From positions 744,001 through 808,000 of the forward strand of contig OZ374563.1 of assembly GCA_977862235.1 (NCBI GenBank): DNA of 64,000 nucleotides, given 5' to 3'. Below the pieces are notes generated by a model. That model did not search any database and was not told the origin of the DNA. It saw nothing but the letters and a program-made list of their open reading frames with translations. A program made the translations under genes and the position numbers. Below, in pieces: positions 57,519 through 64,000 of the stretch; the first letter of the stretch is position 1; every line of letters begins with the position of its first letter. The stretch comes from Dudresnaya verticillata. Lineage: Eukaryota.

Positions 57519-58416
57519 GGTGAAGGTCGAGTTGGTTGCTTGGAGGGGGTGAAGAATGACGTCGAAGCGGCGAAGGGCGGCGATGGTGGCAGAGCGATGA
57601 GGATGACGGAAGTGTGCTTTTATACCAAACCTACGGACTCATCTCATCTTTCTTACAGTGCTTTCTAGAATATACGCTACGCAGTTCTTACGAGACGACG
57701 AGCTAACAAAACATGCACACACCCTCCCAGCTGCACACTGCTGGAATTCTGGCACCAGATGCGAGGCAGATCGGCCGAGATGCAGGCAGAGATTGCCGGG
57801 GACGTTCAGCGATGGCAGCAGGACGCTGGAAGCAGATCGTGAGAGAAATGGCAGGGTCCGGTAAGATTGCATAACTTGTCTCCTGCCGCACAGCCTTCTG
57901 TGCGGGGTCGCGCGCAACCTCTCGCCGTCGGCGAACATCACAGCACTACTTAGCCTCCAATGAAGATTGGAGGCAATGCCCCGACGCTAGACGAGCTTCC
58001 GAGGCAGACAGGAGGATAATTACTAAACTGTGTGCTACATACAACTAGCCGCGCTTTGCTAACGCTCTTGTCCGCTTTCGCTTTCGCGCCCTCTGTCGTT
58101 CGCTTCGCGCGCGCGCGCTCTCTCTCCCTCCCTGTTGCGTCGCCCCCTCTCGAGTATCTGGCTATTCGGAGACGCTCAGGAGGCCACTCAGGCGGTTGAG
58201 CGACCTTACCCTTAGTAGCAGAGTTCTGGCCTACAGAGCTGACGCAAGTCGTTCGCCCCTGCCTCGGAATACTCATACTTTAACACTCATACTTTGCTTC
58301 CAAGTTGCTGGAAGCAAGCATATCAATAGTATGTATAAGGTCGTTCGGAATACAGCAACGGACAGCCCTACGGAGCTGCAAGAGCTTTTCTCATACAGCA
58401 TTCCATCCTTCCGGCC

Positions 58417-61400
58417 AGGGCTGTCGTGCAATTAATTGCAATAGCAATAATATACAATAGCAATAACTTGTCGCAGCCCATCCAGTGCAAATACAGGTTG
58501 TCCGCCCTGGATGGAGTGACGATATCAGGGTATCAAGCTTGGCCCAGAAAAAGCATTGTTTTTATTAAATCTATTCTCAATTCTATGCTGTTGCAACAGT
58601 ACACAAGCTTCTGTGTACCCACCTGTAACGGTGGTCGCGGAGGCTCTGAGCGACGGCCCCAGAGTGTCGATTTGGACCCATCTGTGTCGCAGAGTCGCAC
58701 TGTAAGATACCTTACAGTGCTCCTGCCGTCGGCGACCAACGCGCCGTCCGCGCGCGCCGCGTGCGCCCGACTGCAACTGGCTGGGCTACTTCAAGCCCCG
58801 CTGACCACTGCAGACCACCCCCGCTCCTCTCGGTACGATCGAAGTAGAAGAGTAAGCCGCGTTGACGAGAACGTCCGTTGCGTCAGCCGCAGTGGTCTGC
58901 CGTAACCCTCTTCCCTTGCTTCGATAAACCTCGCCCGCCTCTCTGATCCGCTCGCTCCCCTCGCGCCCCTCTCACCCCCCGCCTCGCCCCGTTCGCGCCC
59001 CTTTCCCCGCGTTCCGCGATTCTGCGCGCCGTGCCCGCAGAGTGGTGATTGTACACCACTCTCACGCCGCGCGCGCGTGTCGACCAGCTACGGACGACAA
59101 TCCGGATTCCTACCCGGTTCCACTGTAGTAGAATGGCCCTCGGCCAGGTAGTCGTCGATAAAACGGCGCGACAGCTGTCCCGGGGAAAACCACTCACGGT
59201 GGGCGGTAGCGCAAAGGAAAAGGAAAAAGGGAGTGTGGTAGAGACTTGTAATGGGTGTAATACCCAGGAACAAAGAAAAGAGAAGGCGAACCCTACAGCG
59301 TAGAGCAATCGTCATAGACGATAAGGCTTGAAGACGCCCAAGGCAAGGAAACAACGGTGACACCGTAGGAAGACCAGAAAATCGGTACAGCCAAAAGTGC
59401 ACACCTGTGGTACAATGAGCCGCCAGCGACTGTAAGCACGTACACGTGTTTTGCGCTTGTAATGCGCGGATAACATTGCGCGTGGGATGCGCCTGTAAGG
59501 CGCTGCACGTGCTGGTGCGCTGTAAGGCCCAGTGCATTGCTGGCCACTCCATATGGCATTGCTGGGAACAGCACGGCGCCAATGAGATGGCTAGCCGTGA
59601 TTGGCTGATTTACCATGGCCTTACGCGCAGGTGCGCACCCGAGTCATAAGCACCTTACGTGCGCAGGGCGGAGTGCGACCGCTCAATACCTCATTTTAAT
59701 TATTAATGCTAACTTCAATAGCTTAGAATAGGAATAGCGGCGAAGGCGCTTTCGGCCTTCGCCATATTTATTGCGCCCCTGACTAGCAGGGGTCTGCTGA
59801 ATAGAACCCCACGGTGGGTTTCGGGTCTGTACCCTTTCTTTGGTCTACACGGGCTCACCGTACTCCCCCTTCCAGGTGCTTTACAAGCTTTAGCCTCGTA
59901 CGGCTTTGTACTCTACGAGTGTTAGGGTGGCGCCGCCCCTTTTTCCCTTTCTTTCAGGCACGCTAGCCTTTTCCCCTTTTCCCTCAAAGTCTCTACCAAC
60001 TCCCCATTGAGCTACCCTCGTTAGAGTGTGTGCGCGCACGGGACAGCTGTCCTTGCCGTTTAGCGGGCTACTGGCTCGTCGCGCCATACTACTACAACAC
60101 CGCTGCCGGTTTAGTGTGGCACAACGACGATTTGCGCCAAGTGGGCGTTCGACTCTGTAAGTCGTAACGGGCCAATGCCCTGTAAGATGAAGAAGGGGTA
60201 CGCACGCACTGGAGTCCCTCCTGACGACGAAGGTGTCGGTCAAGGGTAGGGAGGTGTGTGTCGTAGAGCCCGAGCTTGGCTTGTTTACTGAATGAGGGCG
60301 CGCCAATAGCTCTAATATACTATGTACACGCGGGTGCGCCGCAAATGAAGTGGGGAAGGGAGCGTGCCATTTGGAGATTTGTGACACGCGAAAAGGGATA
60401 AACTAAAATTAACTAAAATTAAGGGTGGCTGACAGTGCGTACAGTAGCGAAGATCCGCCACCATAATCTGCCACCCGTTGCCGCCGGCGCGCAGGACTTA
60501 CAGGCCGGGCGCCTTACAGGGGCAGTTCCCAAGTGCATTGCTGGCAGGGAGTCCGCGATTTGAGGCAAATGAGCACCGGTGAATTGCACCACATCTCCCC
60601 CCCGTTAAGAGGTGAGCCCCTGCGAGCCCGACCCACTAACTCTATCTTGAATGCGGATTTCCGCTGTCTGAGCTCACCCCTATGAGTAAACAGGGGGCCC
60701 TTTCGAAAATAGGGGACTTCCCCGGCCGGGTTCGCGAATTTGCAGATTGTCTGCTTCCGGCGTTGGTCATCATGTCGATGTCAGTACTGCAAGCGGATGA
60801 ACCGCAATACGCCTTCGGAGCTTAGGAGCAACTGGCGCGACCCTCGGTATTTCAGGGGGTGGGGGTTCCCGGCTTTGCGTCGTGTGCTTGGGTGCACATG
60901 CGCAACACCATGTGGGTATACCACTTAATGTTGCCTCGTGTCCCTCAGCAGGCATATACTGCAATAGTGCCATTGTTCCATGTAGCAATACGACTTCTAA
61001 ACTTACTTTCGGCATCACCAGATGGTGTCGGCTGGTAGACGGTTTGTACCGCACGACCTCTCGTTGCACTCGTGCTTACGAAACCTTACTTTCCATTCGC
61101 AAGCAGTTTCCTCAAATCGGACCACAAGGGGGACCGATTGGTCCTTAGTTTGCCCCGATTGGTCCTGCAGTGGACCGCCCGGTCCGGGCCGCTGTAAGCA
61201 CATTACAGTAACCGTGGTAACTTTTCGGCTACCCAGGGGTTGTTGTGGCCCCTTTTTCGGCCTCTTGCGGCCCTGTACCATTTGTTTCATAGATTGGCCG
61301 TGTATGAGACATTTCCCCTGTGCAGCATTGCGCACTTCAAAAGAGCATGAAGTCGAAAACCGACAAGTCCCAGAGCATTCAGAGTCACCGCCACTTCGAC

Positions 61401-64000
61401 GTTGGCGCCTGTGACTGCCTTCACAGCGGAAAAACGGCATCATCTGTAGTCGACCGGAACATCCGGGGCCCCAACGCGGGGGATAAAACAGCAAACAGCC
61501 GAATACGGCAAATGCAGGTGCGGACGAATAAGCGGATGTCTCCGCAGAATGGCAGCTGCAAAAGTGGAAACCCACGAATAGACTTCAGCATAAGGCGTTC
61601 CCCAATACTCGGTTTGCCCGATGCCGAACCGGGCGCGGTTCGGAAAAGGCGGCAATTCCGCATTGCAGTTGTTGCGAAACGGCGTCCGCGGTCAAATGCA
61701 TTGGAGTATTCCCCATTTCACGGCCATAAAAATGCAGCAGCTCAAGGCGCGTACGCCAGACTTAAAGTACAGTTGAATACAACATTTTCATTTCCATAGC
61801 CCGTTGTTTGCGTAGTTTTAACGTCCCTAGACCAGCATTCTGCAATTATTTGCAAGTTGAAACCAACAAGCCAAGGTTCTTTGGGCTTAGAACCGGAATC
61901 CCGGGAAGCGTATTGTAGATACACTGCTTGGTAGGTGTTTCAATGAAGTTTTCTTCTTCATGACGACTTCGTCTTGACAGGGGTCGTTGGGACCGCCTGG
62001 GCCAGCATGGGCCTATCGGGTCAAACCCGTAAAACACCGCGTTTGTCATGGACGAAGCTGGCTCAAAGCGGGTTTCGGCTACGCTGAGCAACGAGAATTT
62101 TAGTTTGCAGACTCGTTACGAACTTCAAAAACGCCGGTATCGCGATGAATGAAAGGCAAATAGGCCAACAGGAGTTCCTGAGTAGTATGCAAACGGTTTC
62201 CCGTGTGGAACGCCAGAAGGAGCGCCTTAGAGGTATGGAAACCGAGCCGAGGGATGTCTCCAAATGCCCAGGCGTTTGTGGGAGAATCCATGGAATGATT
62301 CCATTTAGAGCCAAGCGGAGCACCCGCATGACGTGGTCACGTGTGTCGACTTATTGTGTCACTCTCGATCGGGCATGACCCGGATGCTCCGGGTGGTAAC
62401 AAACAGGCGCATGCCGATTGAAACCCATGCACGCAATCCCGTTTTTTCCTGCTAAGGGAGTTTCCCAATTGTGTCGGGATGGTTACCGACCTGGCCTCCG
62501 CCGTCTTGAGGCAGCAACTACGGGTATCCGTTTTTGGCATAACCCGATAATGGGTTAGTCGAAATCCGACATTGTGTCGAGGAAGCGAGTCGGCGAAGTA
62601 GGATTCGTCCAAGGGTCGCTACTGCCAAGATGGTGGCACCTGATTGGATAAATTGAATTTTGGGCAAACGGCAGCCAATCGAACTCGCAATCTTGGCGTA
62701 CAGTGCGTAACTTGCGAGGACTGTCCGCACTATGGCAGCGGCTTCTCGTTGAGGTTTGACCACGCCAATTGTGCCTCAGCAGGTAACTGCAATGGGAGCG
62801 CTTGTGGAATGCCGCGCAATAGCAATTCCAATTGATGCCAATGGACTTGGGCGTGAACTTCCTGTCGTGTGGGGTACCACTTTTGCGAATGACGGGCGCG
62901 GGGGCATTCCCTGACCGTTGGGGTGTGTGAATGCTCAAGGCCATTAATGGCTCAGATTAGCTGTTACGGAATTCCGTTTTGAACAGGGTTGTCTTTTTCG
63001 ATTTAGCCGCAGACGGCTTGGGGGAGGCAGCAGCGGTTTGCCGTAGGCTGTGTAGGGGTGTGCCCCACATGATTTCATTAATGGGTTCTGCGGGGCGCCG
63101 CACATTGGATTGGTAGGGAGCGTCGCGTCGGTTTTGACGCGAACGTTCCGCGATATGGGATTCCACTTCTCTTGTACGACCTGCGCAAAGGCGTTCCCCA
63201 CTTCATGGGGAACGGATGCTCAAGGCCGTTGTCGGCTCGGGGTAGTCATTACGGAACTCCGTTTTGGGCATACTTGCCTTTGTTGACTTAGCCGTATTCG
63301 ACTTCGAGAGAGACGAAGGTGATCAATTGCGGCCAACCGCTAGGGTGAGTGGGTGCGCGTAGGGTGTGTCTGATTGGCGCTGCGATAATTATTATCGTGC
63401 CTGACCAATGCGATTCTACACCGTGGCGTACAGTACTCCCATTGTGTGCGCGGTGTCTACTGTGGCATCGACTCCTGAACCCGACTCTTCAACGTGGTAT
63501 GTCCACTTCATTTGCAACTTAGCAGCTGCCTGCACGCGTCCCGTTTTGGCGCTAGCCCACCATCGCCTTTTCTATCGTAGCCGGAACGCCAAAGCGTTTC
63601 CGTTTGCAGTAGGAGATGATTTGACTCCTTGGTAGATGTTGTATGGGTTCCCATGTATCAGACGACGGATACCCGTACCATTTGACTTCAAACAGAGCTC
63701 TGTATTGGCGTACTCGTGGTCCACCACTTTCTCATTGACCTGTCCAACAAGAAGGAGTAGCCGATTCACAACTACTCCGTGTGCGGATTGGCCGCAAAGG
63801 ACAGCCGCACAGCAGCAGTCGACTCTGGATCCATCTCGAGCGGTATCCCGCAATTCTCCATCGCCGCTGAACAAGTCAGCTGGCACCTCTGGACCACGGT
63901 CAGCGTATTGTTGACCGAACCCGAGTGCGATATGCGTGGGGAACTCCCCTGCTGCAATCCATGCGTATCATGACATCTGCACATTTTGTTTGGCTTCGTA
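58417..64000. other. Uncharacterised repeat-like/degenerate sequence, probably transposon-derived
   Basis: No long ORF. Features include an LTR-like TGTAAC at 58624, GC hairpins, short direct and inverted motifs, and a diverged internal repeat at ~62930/63215. Confidence 0.35.

Larger units (their letters stand above)
49755..58416 (+). repeat. Segmental duplication, copy B, carrying later insertions
   Basis: Collinear with copy A. Similarity ends after CATTCCATCCTTCCGGCC (58416 here, 43826 in A). Contains two solo LTRs, a ~0.95-kb unshared segment and a 24-bp tandem duplication at 55591-55638. Confidence 0.9.

Noticed and set aside
58416..58509. CAGGGC...GCCCTG hAT/MITE-like termini at the end of duplication copy B
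   Set aside because: Imperfect 10-bp inverted repeat and no matching 8-bp TSD.
58624..59400. A further TGTAAC LTR start
   Set aside because: No matching GTTACA end, TSD or primer-binding site was found, so it cannot be delimited.
62337..62612. DESYF motif reminiscent of IS1595/Merlin transposases
   Set aside because: Downstream DDE motifs are absent; likely a chance match.

Overview
Eukaryotic nuclear DNA, most likely from a multicellular (florideophyte-type) red alga. This is inferred from MQAF-type plastid transit peptides, a phycobilisome-related NblB-like gene, a POP organellar polymerase and compact, mostly intronless genes. The window has two compartments. (1) Positions 1-34.2 kb are gene-dense: NDUFS1/Nad11 3' end, tandem NblB-like HEAT protein, COQ7, two POP-family (family A) DNA polymerase genes, a plastid methyltransferase, a DUF2358-like protein, GTPBP1/2, a FAR-17a/AIG1-like protein, RlmE/MRM2, PRP4, a DDT/WHIM+RFTS protein, a DUF218-like protein, SmD1, BRF1 and a SOUL protein. 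(2) Positions 34.2-64 kb are repeat-rich. They hold a ~7.5-8.7 kb direct segmental duplication; each copy carries two members of an unrecognised basic protein family and one secreted six-cysteine (C-C-CC-C-C) peptide gene. They also hold a truncated Copia pol with an antisense papain-like ORF and two solo LTRs with 4-bp target duplications. The best novelty candidates are a full-length but apparently catalytically dead POP paralog 4.6 kb from the active POP, the hypervariable knottin-like peptides, the DDT-WHIM/RFTS fusion and the retrotransposon-associated cysteine-protease-like ORF. All family calls come from motif recognition by eye; no searches were run.
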